Positions 25,680-38,171 are shown, counted from the stretch's first letter. The stretch is 64,000 bases of DNA from Octopus sinensis (GCF_006345805.1 NC_043024.1:13950001-14014000), one strand, 5' to 3'. A program made the numbers and translations. The notes: generated by a model not told the origin, from the sequence alone.

Positions 25680-26398
25680 TTGACCCCGAAAGGATGAAAG
25701 GTAAAGTCGACCTCGGCAGAATTATAACTCAGAACGTAGCGGCAGATGAAATACCTATTTCTTTACAACCCACAGGGGACTAAACACAGAGAGGACAAAC
25801 AAGGACAGACAAACGGATCAAGTCGATTATATCGACCCCAGTGCGTAACTGGTACTTAATTTATGGACCCCAAAAGGATGAAAGGCAAAGTCGACCTCGG
25901 CGGAATTTGAATTCAGAACATAACGGCTGACGAAATACCTATTTCTTTACTACACACAAGGGGCTAAACAGAGAGAGGACAAACAAGGACATACAGACGG
26001 ATTGAGTCGATTATATCGACTCTAGTGCGTAAGTGGTACTTATTTAATCGACCCCGAATAGATGAAAGATAAAATCGAGCTCGGCGGAATTTGAACTCAG
26101 AACGTAACGGCAAACGAAATACCGCTAAGCATTTCGCCCAGCGTGCTAACGTTTCTGCCATCTGAACGCCTTAAGCATGAGTTAGCATATTTAATTTCTT
26201 TGTTGCCTACAGGGTGGGGAGCTAAACACAGGGAGGACAAACAAGGACCGACAAACGGATTAAGTCGATTATATCGACTCCAGCGCGTAACTGGTACTTA
26301 ATTTATCGACCCCGAAAGGATGAAAGGTAAAGTCGACCTCGACGGAATTTGAACTTAGAACGCAGCGGCAGACGAAATACCGCTTATCATTTCGCCCG
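25680..26398 (-). mobile_element. SINE family A cluster (multimer plus 5'-truncated monomer)
   Basis: Bodies at about 25680, 25752, 25936 and 26195. GCCTTAA(G/A)CATGAG...AGCATATT is duplicated at 26168-26191 and 26399-26424. Confidence 0.85.
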
Positions 26399-26810
26399 GC
26401 CTTAAACATGAGGTCGAGCATATTAACGCGTTCATCTGTTTCAGTGCACAAAATATTTTCCTCGGAGAGCAACACAGTCTTAACACATCCTCTCTTTATA
26501 TTTCCTCAATATCTTTCCCCAATCGGGAAAAAAACTTGTTAGTACAGAGATAATAGTCTTCTCAGTTTCATATTTTCTCCTGCTCTTGCAGTAAAAATAA
26601 CAACTCAGATAACCTACATTGCTTAAAATATGCAAAGCGAGTTATTGTTTTAAAACATTTTTTTTTCAGTTAACACACACACACACACACAAACATACAT
26701 GTCTTCATATATGTGTGTATATGTGCGTTTCTGTGCGTCTGTGTTAATGTTTGTATATGAGCGTGGATGTATACAAGTATGTATGGACGCATGTGTATAT
26801 ATTATTGTAT

Positions 26811-26857
<47 letters not shown>

Positions 26858-26924
26858 TTATGTTTGTATATGAGCGTGGATGTACATATGTGTGTATGGA
26901 CACATGTGCATATATTATTGTATA

Positions 26925-27024
<100 letters not shown>

Positions 27025-27387
27025 ATATGTGTGTGTGCTTGTGTGTATGTGTGTGCGTACGTGTGATAATTTCCCAGAAGGAAATGTACTATAACATGCT
27101 ATAACGCCATTAATTCATTTGTTTGTCAGGAATATACTAAGTTGTACGGAATCACGATATTTGCTTTGTTTTCTGAGAAAAAAAAAACACTGTCCACTGT
27201 AATACATACATACAATGCTCGCGCGTATATACATACATGCAAAAACACAGGTACACATACACACTTGTCCATACATACATTGATGTATACATAATATATG
27301 AACATGTTTGTGTGTATGTACATGTAGGTACATATAACACTTTGACAGTCTCTGTATGATTATTTATGTATCTGTCTTTATTTTCAA

Positions 27388-28072
27388 CGAATATCCGGAC
27401 TGTTGCCATAGTATCGAAGATAACGAATGGAGAGCACAGATGCTTGGACTTTGGCACTGACCTATAACTTTTCTGTGCATACGCACTACGTTTCAAGGTT
27501 CTACGCCATTGCCGCTGTTTACAACAGTGCTTCCAAGGAACGTGTGTAGCGTGTGATCATCGAATTGACCGTGACAGAGGAAGTTGAGCAGAAAATCTAT
27601 CAAATTTTGCAAAAAGCTCGGCGACACAAGTTTCAAACTCTTTTAGTCGTTCTCGGCGACAATCAAGGAAATCTTGTGCAACTTAACCCGAGTGAAAGCA
27701 GTTTTGGCACAAACTTGGCAGTCACGCGTCTCATTCACAAACCTGCTGTGATAATGGACAGGGACTAAACCACAATTAATCTGCACATCCTCATGGATGG
27801 TGATTCGATGATTTCCCCTCACAGATGCATGCACATCTTCAATGTTTTTCTCAATTCTGTTGGTTGCGGGTCTCCCAGAACGTTTGTCAATATCGACATT
27901 CTTCCGGGCGACTTGGAAACGTCTGAACCATTCGTAAACTTGTGTGCAGCTCATACGCTCCTCTCCATACACTTTCTGCAACTTTGCATCGGATTCTGAG
28001 CAGGTATCTCCATGACCACCTTCACTGTTATGGGCAATGCGATGATCACACGCTACACAGGTTCCTTCCAAA
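27388..28072. mobile_element. Rearranged mariner relic: plus-strand 5' end joined to an inverted copy of the transposase N-terminus
   Basis: Plus strand near 27572 reads TEEVEQKI...(HTH start). Minus ORF 27643-28071 reads KLQKVYGEERMSCTQVYEWFRRFQ...DKRSGRP. GGAAC(G/C)TGTGTAGCGTGTGATCATCG occurs in both orientations. A further fragment lies at 28385-28500. Confidence 0.85.
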
Positions 28073-28215
28073 ACTGTCCGACGAATGGGAATGCGAAACT
28101 ATAACACGTTTTTTGTACGATGTCTTTGCACCTTTATTAATAAAGCATATTACTCAACCTCCGGTATTCGAGTTCTATTTTTCCAACTTGTTTCACATTC
28201 CCGTGTTACTTTGGT
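28071..28215 (+). mobile_element. Degenerate copy of the hammerhead-bearing (TA)n-terminated element
   Basis: AAACTGTCCGACGAATGGGAATGCGAAAC...AATAAAGCATATTACTC...GTTTCACATT...GGTATATA aligns with 28663-28790. Confidence 0.75.
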
Positions 28216-28509
28216 ATATATATATATATATATATTTAATGTAGGATAAAAAGTATTTTTTTCGAAAAAAATTTTATGAATGGCCAGCATATTAAAAAAT
28301 ACCTTTAAAGGTTAGATTTATAAACAACTTATAAATAAGGGCAAACGAAAAAATTTCTAATGCCATAGAAATTTTGGCGCAAGCTTCACAGTCACGTGTC
28401 TCATACACAACCTCCAATGATAATAGACAGAACTGAACTGTAATTCATCTGCACATCCTCTGATAACTCTCGGATGGTGATTCGACGATGTTTGCCCTTA
28501 TTTATAAGT

Positions 28510-28552
<43 letters not shown>

Positions 28553-28606
28553 ATATATATATATATCTATATATATATACTTTATTTAAAGCAGCAGCAA
28601 ATTCAA

Positions 28607-28655
28607 CAAAACCTGTTACTCTGAGTTTCACGTTGCCGTTCATCGGAAAGTTTTT
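28607..28655 (-). ncRNA. Type I hammerhead ribozyme motif, U4C variant
   Basis: AAAAA-CUUU-CCGAUGA-ACG(GCAA)CGU-GAA-ACU(CAG)AGU-A/ACAG-G-UUUUG: core, stem II, stem III and GUA site present, one mismatch in stem I. Confidence 0.65.
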
Positions 28656-28660
28656 GCTAG

Positions 28661-28710
28661 AAAAACTGTCCGATGAACGGCAACGGAAACTCAGAGTTAC
28701 AGGTTTTGTT
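28661..28710 (+). ncRNA. Type I hammerhead ribozyme motif, U4C variant, damaged
   Basis: AAAAA-CUGU-CCGAUGA-ACG(GCAA)CG-GAA-ACU(CAG)AGU-U/ACAG-G-UUUUG: stem I intact, 1-nt deletion in stem II, GUU at the cleavage site. Confidence 0.55.
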
Positions 28711-28786
28711 GAATTTTCTGCTGCTTTAAATAAAGCATATTACTCTACCACTGGTATTTGTTTCACATTTACGTGTTTATATCCGG

Positions 28787-28851
<65 letters not shown>

Positions 28852-30563
28852 TATTTAGAGATAGTAGTCCCCTTCAACCCACAATATAAAAAAAAAATTA
28901 ATTAATTTAATACTTACTACTCATTTCTCTGAGAAAAAATGTTTTATAGACAAGCGTGCTTGGTTCCTTTCAGTTCCTGCAACTTAGAGTTTCATCCAAA
29001 AATACGCATAGAATAAGTGTGCCAGGCTTAAAGAGACATGCTGCCATCACTCTCTTGATCAAACTCTTCAAAATGGTGTCCCAGCTGGGATGAAATTTGG
29101 TGACTTAAACAACTAAACGATAAACGATTTCGAAATATCCAGCGCCCGATGCTCTTAAGATGTTCTGAATTGAGGAGGAAAGAAAAGTACAAAAAATTAC
29201 ATGTGTATCATGAAGAATCCCTTTATATGTGTCTCTAAAAATTAAAGAAGGACTCACAACTTACAATACAATATTTGCATTGAACAAAAAGAAGAAAATA
29301 AATTATATAGAAGTAGAAACGAGGGAGATGTGAAAGAAAAAGAGGCGGGAAAATTTTAATAACTCTTCAAATTTGGATATAGAATCGGGTTTCTCTTCTT
29401 GGAATTCCATCACATACCAAACCAAATGGTTGAAATGGCAGTTTGGGGAATCATAATATTTTGATGATAGAATGGTAAGGTTTAACTGGGAGTTATTTTA
29501 AAGAACGATATAGGAGAGAGTGTAAATTTCCTATATGTATGCTAGAAAGCTCCAATATCATATACACACTCTTAAGCATTGATAGATATATGTGTATAGC
29601 TATATGAATATAAATATATACATACATATATAAATATGATTATAAATACATGTGTATATATATGTATATATAAATAAAATCTATATATTTATATATATAT
29701 ATATATGTATATATTTATATATGTGTATATATATGTATATATATTCATACACACACACATTCATATGTGTATATATGTATGTGTGCGTGAGTGCTGTGCA
29801 CACGTGTATGTGCGTAGTATGCATACATAAGTGTGAATATGTCCCTGCGTGTGCGCCTGTGCGTGTATGTATAATTCTGTATGAGATTAAAGGTTGTTTG
29901 GGTTAAAAGATACGTTCGTCGCTTCCAAGTTCCAAACATTTCACCTCATTTATCATTCAAAGTTCCGACTTACAAGGAAACATCAATTATTTTTCATTTC
30001 ACAAATCCCATGAAGATCGCAAGGCACACGTGTCCAGTATCGGTAGGCAGTATCTCAATAATTCCAAATTACACGCGCACATACACCTAACACATACACA
30101 TATATACATTCGTATCTTACAAAGTGAAGCATTGTGTGTGTGCGGATCTATATACATACATGGCTGACGGCATAAGCAAATAATAAACTTTCGAGCGAAC
30201 ATGAAGTAAATATTTTTTCGTGTGATAGTTGCTCTCGGGGCTCTCATTAAGATATAAATAATAGCAAGTAAATAATCGGTTGAAAAAACATTCTTACATA
30301 GTAAAATTCGAAGGTTGGTCGTGGGACTCAAATTCTTTTCTCCTGTAGACAAAACAGTTGTTGTAGGTCTACGATAGATGTGTGTTCGAATCCGAGTGCA
30401 GACTATCTAAACATTTTTCTTACTTATTTATCAACACAATATTATATGTAGTAATGTGGTAGAATCGTTAGCGCTCTGGGCGAAATGTTTAGCAGTATTT
30501 CGTCTGCTGCTACGTTCTGAGTTCAAATTCTGCCGAGGTCGATTTTGGAGTCGATTAAATATA

Positions 30564-30766
30564 TGTCCCAGAAGTCGCACACCATCCTGATTTTTTTAAA
30601 GAATGCACTCTTACTGATTTCAAAAACACATTATTGAAATTAATCGTAACAAATTCTCAAATTGAGCACCCTCTACAATAAAACATGCCGAAAACATATA
30701 ATAATATAAATTGCTTTAATAATGTTTAATGAAAACAGAATGGTGCATTGCTTCTGGGACACCCTG
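30564..30766. mobile_element. Tc1/mariner-type MITE, left TIR truncated
   Basis: TGTCCCAGAAG...CACC at the left, and ATGGTGCATTGCTTCTGGGACACCCTG|TA at the right. Confidence 0.65.
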
Positions 30767-31404
30767 TATATTAGGGTGGAGTGATTTTGTGATGGGGATA
30801 GCGCGGAAAAGTTGTAAATGGACATCAGGATAATTGTTGTAAAATCTTATAACACTCTGACAAAATCTTCTGTCTCCACAAATGCATCCATAAATGGAAA
30901 AAATGGAGAGAAAAACGCCTCTACTTATTCTTTAGCAATAAAATACAATTTTCATTGCATCTTCTACGTGTAGCTTTTAAATGATTCCGATGAAATTCCT
31001 CTAAAATACGACTTAAACGTATTTTTCCATGAGTTCATCTTCTGCCCCCAACAAAGAGGGACGGAGTGTAGTGTAAATTACATCTACATGAAAAATTACC
31101 TGATTTGATTATATTTCAAAATTTACAATATTTTTGCATATTTTGAAGCGTTTGCATATGTTGTTTGTTGAAAAAGTGCTTGTTTATAACAAATAAAACA
31201 TCTGCTGAGTGTATTTCTTTGAGTGTTCGTGATGTCCCCGAAACGTGATAGCATCCTTTGTCTGATATTGAAATTTTACATGGGAATACCCTGAGTCAGG
31301 TTCAATCGGAATACCTTGAGTCAGGACTCTAGCTATTATCCCTGAAACACATCTATGAATAAATGTAAGCATATGTGAATGTATACTGAATTAACTACAA
31401 TTCC

Positions 31405-31607
31405 CATCAGATACAGCAATGGTTCGCCTACTCTCAGCTCCGCAGGTGGTCGGTCTGCACAGATGGAACCGCGAATGGCTCGCTAACTCCAGTGACCTCG
31501 CACAGTACCATCGAGCATAGGCCGCCATGGTTCGTGATGCCGTTAGGACCAGAGAAGAAGCCAGCTCAACCCGCCCTAGGTGAACGCTGTCACAAGTAGT
31601 AAGCAAG
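31405..31607 (+). mobile_element. RTE-clade LINE 3' end
   Basis: LSAPQVVGLHRWNREWLANSSDLAQYHRA*AAMVRDAVRTREEASSTRPR* resembles RTE C-termini (pattern SELAQDRRAWSASVRDVV...GSTRPG*, from recall). A CAAGTAGTAAG short-repeat tail follows. Confidence 0.7.
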
Positions 31608-31885
31608 AAAGATAGCTGTTATTATGTACTGTTAGTTGCCTTTGTAATTGCGTAACATTTCTCCGTTTTTTTCCGTCCTTGTTTTCGTATACATTCGCTG
31701 TTTCTGCCAAGGAATCTAATGCTCTTAGCTTTGTTATTCCTTGGATCTGGCCAGATTGGAGCAATCTGGAGTATAACCAACCGAAATTGGAAAGATAATC
31801 GGGAATTCCACTGAGGATAGAAAACTCCGAACGATCCGTCCTATTTTTCTTTGTATCGTATCATGCGTTCTTGTCGAACTTTTGT

Positions 31886-31928
<43 letters not shown>

Positions 31929-31958
31929 TATCTATCATATATTATAAACTATAATATA

Positions 31959-32022
<64 letters not shown>

Positions 32023-32297
32023 TCTCATATACTCTCGATTTATACTAAGTATATATATATATATATGTTCACCGAGTACCAAGTTAATACACTTTTCGTG
32101 CATGTCCTCTTGTTGTCCTTTAGTTGTATTTTGGGGGGTATCTTTTAATATTTATCTCAATTGACGATATATGTACATATGTGTGTGTGTGTGTGTGTGT
32201 GTGTAAGACTGCGTGTGTCTATCTCTGCATATATATGCATGCATACATTCATAAATACACACACATACACGCACCCCCCCCACACACACATATATAT

Positions 32298-32500
32298 AGC
32301 ACGCCGGGCGAAATGCGTAGCCGTATTTCGTCTGTGTTACGTTCTGAGTTCAAATTCTGCCGAGGTTGACTTTGCCTTTCATCCTTTCGGGGTCGATAAA
32401 TTAAGTACCAGTTACGCACTGGGGTCGATATAATCGATTTAATCCCTCTGTCTGTCCTTATTTGTCCCCTCTGTGTTTAGCCCTTTGTGGGTAGTAAGAA
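32298..32500 (+). mobile_element. SINE family A monomer, 5'-truncated
   Basis: Family A body and tail. Confidence 0.9.
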
Positions 32501-32508
32501 TATATATG

Positions 32509-32551
<43 letters not shown>

Positions 32552-32781
32552 ATTAATATATATATATGTGTATACAAATTGAGATAGGGGTTGTAAATGC
32601 AACCCTCCATGGGATAACATATATCTAATATACTGCTAGTGAAGTGCCCAACAAGTTAATACATAAATGTTAAGGATTGCGATGCAATCAATTCATATAC
32701 TGTAGTATATGGGCAAAAGTAAAATGTTTTACCACAAATTCATAATATTTGATTTAGTTGTATATCTCTATTTTCTTATTT

Positions 32782-32817
<36 letters not shown>

Positions 32818-33044
32818 AACATTATTGGTGTATTTCAATTATCCGCACCAACGCACGGTTTGCACGCCAGATGGTTGTCCTCCAACCGTGCTGTTCACTG
32901 CTGTGATTTTTGCTACTAAGGTATCGGTTAAACTTTTGATTAATCTACTACAAGATTATTCATCTTTCTATTTCACATATATATATTATATATATATATA
33001 TATTTATAGTTCCCTTTCTCTCGTTCTCTCATCTCTCTCTCTCT

Positions 33045-33082
<38 letters not shown>

Positions 33083-33699
33083 TGTAATTGTGCATGCATG
33101 TATGGTTATAATGAATTTCTATATCCCCATAAGTGCCAGTCCAGTATCTCAGAGACACCCGTCACACATCTCCAGTCATTTTAGTCTTATGTCTCTGCAA
33201 AACATTCTGCCATGCTTTTTCCAATTCGATCTTTGACGTCATCAACCTCTGTACCTTAATGTCGCTTCAGTATCCATGTTACACAGACAGAACCCCCTGG
33301 GGAACATCTTTTCCATGATAATATTATCAAAACATTGCAGTTTTTGTTGTCTGACCATCGTCAACAAATATCTTTCTGCATCTATTGTTTTCAGGATTGA
33401 AATACTCAAACAAGAAGATGCATACCCACGCAGTTTTCCTATAGAAATTCATTGGAAACAAATGCGATTCACGTAATTGCTGCTTTATTTGTATGAGTTG
33501 GGGGAACGAAGATGAAGCGGGCAGAATCAGAAGATGTTTAAGTGTCTGTACGCGTGTTTGTTTGTGTGTGTATGTGTAAAGGCATTTCTAGATTTTTGTA
33601 TGAGTTTCAATACATTTATCCAGCTGTGTGTGTGTGTGTGTGTGGTGTGTGTGTGTGTGTGTGCATGAATCTTTATATGCAAGTCGAGAGAGACAGAGA

Positions 33700-33756
33700 A
33701 TGAGAAGAGAGAAAGAAAGAAGGAAAGAAAGAAAGAAAGAAGGAAGGAAGGAAGGA

Positions 33757-33787
<31 letters not shown>

Positions 33788-34090
33788 GAAGAATTAATTA
33801 ATTAATTAATTAATTAAAGAAAGAAAGAAAGAAGGAAGGAAAGGAAGAAAGAAAGAAAGAAGGAAGGAAAGAAAGAAAGAAAGAATGAATTAATGAATTA
33901 ATGAAAGAAAGAAAGAAGGAAAGAAAGAAAGAAAGAAAGAAAGAAGGGATGAATGAATTAATTAATTAATTAATGAAAGAAAGAAAGAAAGAAAGAAAGA
34001 AAGAAGGGATGAATGAATGAATTAATTAATGAATGAAAGAAAGAAGGAAAGAAAGAAAGAAAGAAAGAAGGAAAGAAAGAAAGAAAGAAA

Positions 34091-34127
<37 letters not shown>

Positions 34128-34150
34128 AGGAAAGAAGGAAAGACAGAAAG
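33700..34150. repeat. Compound (GAAA)n/(GGAA)n/(TTAA)n microsatellite
   Basis: Directly visible. Confidence 0.95.
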
Positions 34151-34640
34151 AAAGAAAGATAGAAGTGTTGAATGAGTCAGTGAATGGCGGATTGATGGGC
34201 CAGAAACAAATATGGAAAGGAATGGAAGATAATGAAGGAAGAGAGAAGGGGAATGCGACAAAAAGAAAGAAATGAAGTAAGGTAAGCTGGGGCAAAAGGA
34301 GAGTTTTATATAATAAAGAAAACAATTAAAACAAATATTTAAATTATGTACTTGAGAATTTCCATCTAGTTTCTAATCGAGCAGATGCATAATCAAAGGC
34401 AATCCCATTCTGACCACCACATGTTACATGGTCCACATCCATTGTGATGCTGTTATCTAGACCAGAAGCTTCTGAAATTGTACCTGAATGTTATTTTGTT
34501 GAGCGGTATCATTCCATATTGTATTCTGCGATTTCACACTTCGCTTTCATGTCCTTACTCCTTATTTCTTGGCTTCAGTTCGTTATTTACATAACGTTAG
34601 AATCGTGGTGCAGGGGCTGAAGTTTGTCATCTTGAATTCC

Positions 34641-35067
34641 CTATTTCTTTATTACCCACAAGTGGCTAAACATAGAGGGGCAAAACAAGGACAGACAAAT
34701 GGATTAAGTCGATTATATAGACCCCAGTGCGTAACTTGTACTTAATTTATCGACCCCGAAACGATGAAAGGCAAAGTCGATCACGGCGGAATTTGAACTC
34801 AGAATCTAAAGACAGACGAAATACCTATTTCTTTACTACCCACAAGGGGCTAAACACAGAGAGGACAAACAAGAACAGACAAACAAGAACAGACAAACGG
34901 ATTAAGTCGATTACATCAACCCCAGTGCGTAACTGGTACTTATTTAATCGACATCGGAAGGATGAAAGGCAAAGTCGAGCAAGGCGGAATTTGAACGCAG
35001 AACGTAACGGCAGACGAAATACCGCTAAGCATTTCGCCCGGCGTGCTAACGTTTCTGACAGCTCGCC
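34641..35067 (-). mobile_element. SINE family A dimer
   Basis: Two bodies and one head. Confidence 0.9.
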
Positions 35068-35589
35068 ACATTACTCTTGGACTATCTTCGATCCCAAAGC
35101 TCTCGAACTTCTCCGCTTTATAAATCGTCATAATTGATTCGTTCCGATAATAACCACCAGAGAATATCTCGTATCTGAGATGCAGACAACGTTTCAATTA
35201 ACGAACATTTTCAGGTATATTAATAATGCAGTTCTGTTATACCCTCATTCCATCTATATTAATCCCAGAAAACCCTAAAACGAATCTATGTTAAGACACT
35301 TTTGCAACGTTCGTAATTAAGAATTATAAAAACCCTCATAAATACACAATCTTAAATATAATTTATATGAAGGCTGATATTAATTTAAATGGTGGAATAC
35401 ATCATATATAATTATCATTTCCCGTTATGCGTTCCGAATATATATTTGTAGGAAAATAAACCTGTCTGAGTGAATTAGCCTTTCCATAGCTAGTGCATAA
35501 TTGTTGCCGTTTTCATTAGATCCAGTCAGTTCTGATTAAGATAACCGTAACGATGGGACTGCATTTTTTACATTATTTACATTTGACTG

Positions 35590-35701
35590 ATATTTGTCGT
35601 CATCTTGTTTCTTGCTAACACAAAGTTTCTGCTGATATACCCTCCGGCCTTCATCAGGGGAAATTTCGAACCTGGGTTCTCATTCGTAAGGTATTTTTCG
35701 A

Positions 35702-35789
<88 letters not shown>

Positions 35790-35877
35790 ATAATAATATT
35801 ATTATTATTCAGGTCACTGCTTAGAATCGAACTCGGAATCATGGGGTTAGTAGCCCGAACTCTTAACCACTACGCCA
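35590..35877 (-). mobile_element. tRNA-derived SINE family C with internal (AAT)n and hammerhead-like 3' motif
   Basis: A box TGGCGTAGTGG, anticodon-like arm GGG-CTACTAA-CCC and B box GAGTTCGATTC, then (AAT)n, body, and CTGATGA...GAAAC at 35657-35625. Confidence 0.8.
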
Positions 35878-35884
35878 AATACCC

Positions 35885-35944
35885 CGCGGGCCACTAGCCG
35901 CAAGATTTCGCGTTCGATTCCAGGCAGTGACCTGAATAATAATA

Positions 35945-35993
<49 letters not shown>

Positions 35994-36068
35994 TAATAAC
36001 AACAACAACAACAAAAACAACATTGAAAAATATCTTAGGAATGAGAACCCAGGTTCGAAATTTCACCA
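35885..36068 (+). mobile_element. SINE family C, second copy, head-to-head with the first
   Basis: GTTCGATTCCAGGCAGTGACCTG-(AAT)n(AAC)n-GAAAAATATCTTAGGAATGAGAACCCAGGTTCGAAATTTC. Confidence 0.8.
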
Positions 36069-36289
36069 TTTCGTTGGTGACTTCCCTAAGGAGAGCGGAA
36101 CAACATCTTCTCAAAGCTGCTCCTACACTGAATATGCTTTTCGAATCATTTGCCCTTATGTTTGCCTCTTCCCCTTTCATGACATTAGCCTTGATATCCA
36201 CACCTCCATATACATTATGTGCCTTCATTGTCACCCGTAGATATTATATTTCTTGAGTGATATTGCATGTGAGCCTATTTATTTTTAAA

Positions 36290-36669
36290 TCTCTCTCTAT
36301 ATATATAAAGCTGAAGTTGTCTGTGTGTGGCAGGTTTGGTAGCCTTCAACTAACACTATCTCCTCCGTGACCCTGCAGTGCAAGTTGACCAAAATTGAGA
36401 GTATGATAGAAGGCTTGCTCTTCATTCCTTCAAATCGGACCATGTTAACACCAAAAATTATTTACTTCAAAAAGGTGTTTTTTTTTCTATGAAAATCCCT
36501 ATTTTTTACGATTTTTTGACTGCTGTGTCGCCATTTTTCGGTGTATTTCAACCAGAAAATGTTCTCTTAAAGAGAATAACAACCTACATAATGCAAAACT
36601 TTTAATTTTTAAAAAATCCAATTCTAAAGGGTCGAAACAAACCCGAGCAACGCCGGGCGGTACTGCTAG
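36290..36669 (+). mobile_element. Non-autonomous Helitron (380 bp)
   Basis: A|TC start, ACAAACCCGAGCAACGCCGGGCGGTACTGCTAG end. Termini are shared with 6424-6677, the interior differs. Confidence 0.8.
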
Positions 36670-36939
36670 AAAAGTATATTTTTAATCACATCTGCCAGAA
36701 AGTGGCATTTTTTTTTCATTAAAATGCAAACAATAACTAATGAACATTATTATTAATTTACATTTCTACGGAAAAAAATAGTTTAGCAGGAAAACACGGC
36801 GTGAGACAGTGTTGTTACTTGTGTTATTTTCGTTGAAAAGAAAGATGGCGTTGTTTGACTTGACATTGTCTCTTTCACAATACATCTCATCGTGACGTTT
36901 TTTAAAAAAAATTCTTTTGTCATTGCTACAATTTATTAT

Positions 36940-36967
36940 TAGCCTTCTCATCATCATCATCATCATC

Positions 36968-37022
<55 letters not shown>

Positions 37023-37220
37023 CAATCATCATCATCATCATCATCATTGTTATCAGCATCATCATTATCATTAGAGTTTATTATTATTATCGTCGTCGTC
37101 GTCGTCATCATCTTCATCACTATTTTCATTATTACATAACTTTTGAAAAATACAGAATCATCAACTATTATACAATTTAATATAAGAGATTTTCAATAAA
37201 TATCCGTTTTGCATTTTATT

Positions 37221-37252
<32 letters not shown>

Positions 37253-37321
37253 ATCATCATCATCATCAACATTATCCTTATAATCATCATCATCATCATA
37301 ATTATTATTATCATCATCATC

Positions 37322-37358
<37 letters not shown>

Positions 37359-37390
37359 ATATTATTATTATTATTATCATTATTATTATT
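36940..37390. repeat. Compound (ATC)n/(ATT)n microsatellite
   Basis: Directly visible. Confidence 0.9.
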
Positions 37391-38171
37391 TTCTAAATTT
37401 CCTGAGCGTTCACACTTGCTGTGTGTTATCTTTTTATTTACGATCCGCGTAGGAGTTTTTGTTCAGTTTCTGCTGTTTCTTCTATTTATTTTCTGTTTTT
37501 TTTTTGTTCTTTTTTTTCTTTTATTTTAGTTTGCGCCCCCCCCCCCTCCGCCGCATCTCTGAACTTGTTCAGATCAATTGTTTTCAATTTCAACAAGGGT
37601 GAAAGGTCGAACTAAACAAATTAATCTATTTGAGGAAGTGTCAAGAATGTGAGGGGATATTTAACTTTTACGAATCAAAGCTGATTACTTTCCTTGACAC
37701 AATTGATTACCGCAATCAAACTTGTTAATACTTTTACGATATTTTCTCCTCGTGTGAGATTTGTTAACAACTTTTTCACACTTTTCGATGCCGTTCTTTA
37801 CAAACCGACATTCACCCGCTCATGTGTAAGTATAACTCCATACATATATGTAAACGTAACTATGTATTTGTGCGTAGCTGTTTTTTCCTGATTATTACCT
37901 CGCATTTTGATATTAATATAAATAATACTTCGAAATTTATAACTTCAGCTGTTAAAAATATGTGACTTTACGCCAGAGCCGAGTTTATAATTTGACTTTC
38001 GATTTTTCTTGAGTCATAAAGTTTGGACATTGTTTGCCATTAGAGCAAGAAAGATAATTTGAAATATGGATACAGTCCAGGTTGTTGTCATCCCTCTTAT
38101 CTTCATTGCTGTTGTTGTTGTTGTAACTAAAACTGTTCATGTTGTTGCCAGGGCTATTATACTCTCTTTTA

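Larger units (their letters stand above)
28580..28790. mobile_element. Fold-back of a short hammerhead-bearing element (Penelope-like pseudo-LTR candidate) between (TA)n tracts
   Basis: Inverted arms 28580-28655 and 28661-28735 (3 substitutions, 1 indel) around a GCTAG spacer. The right arm continues to (TA)n, and the tail is also present at 46170-46230. Confidence 0.8.

Noticed and set aside
31811-31840. CTGAGGA...GAACGATCCGTC hammerhead-like motif
   Set aside because: One core A is missing, stem II is imperfect and there is no stem I. It would need a family consensus to revisit.
35808-35877. tRNA gene
   Set aside because: A and B boxes and an anticodon-like arm are present, but there is no complete acceptor stem, and it is followed by a SINE body with a second copy adjacent.
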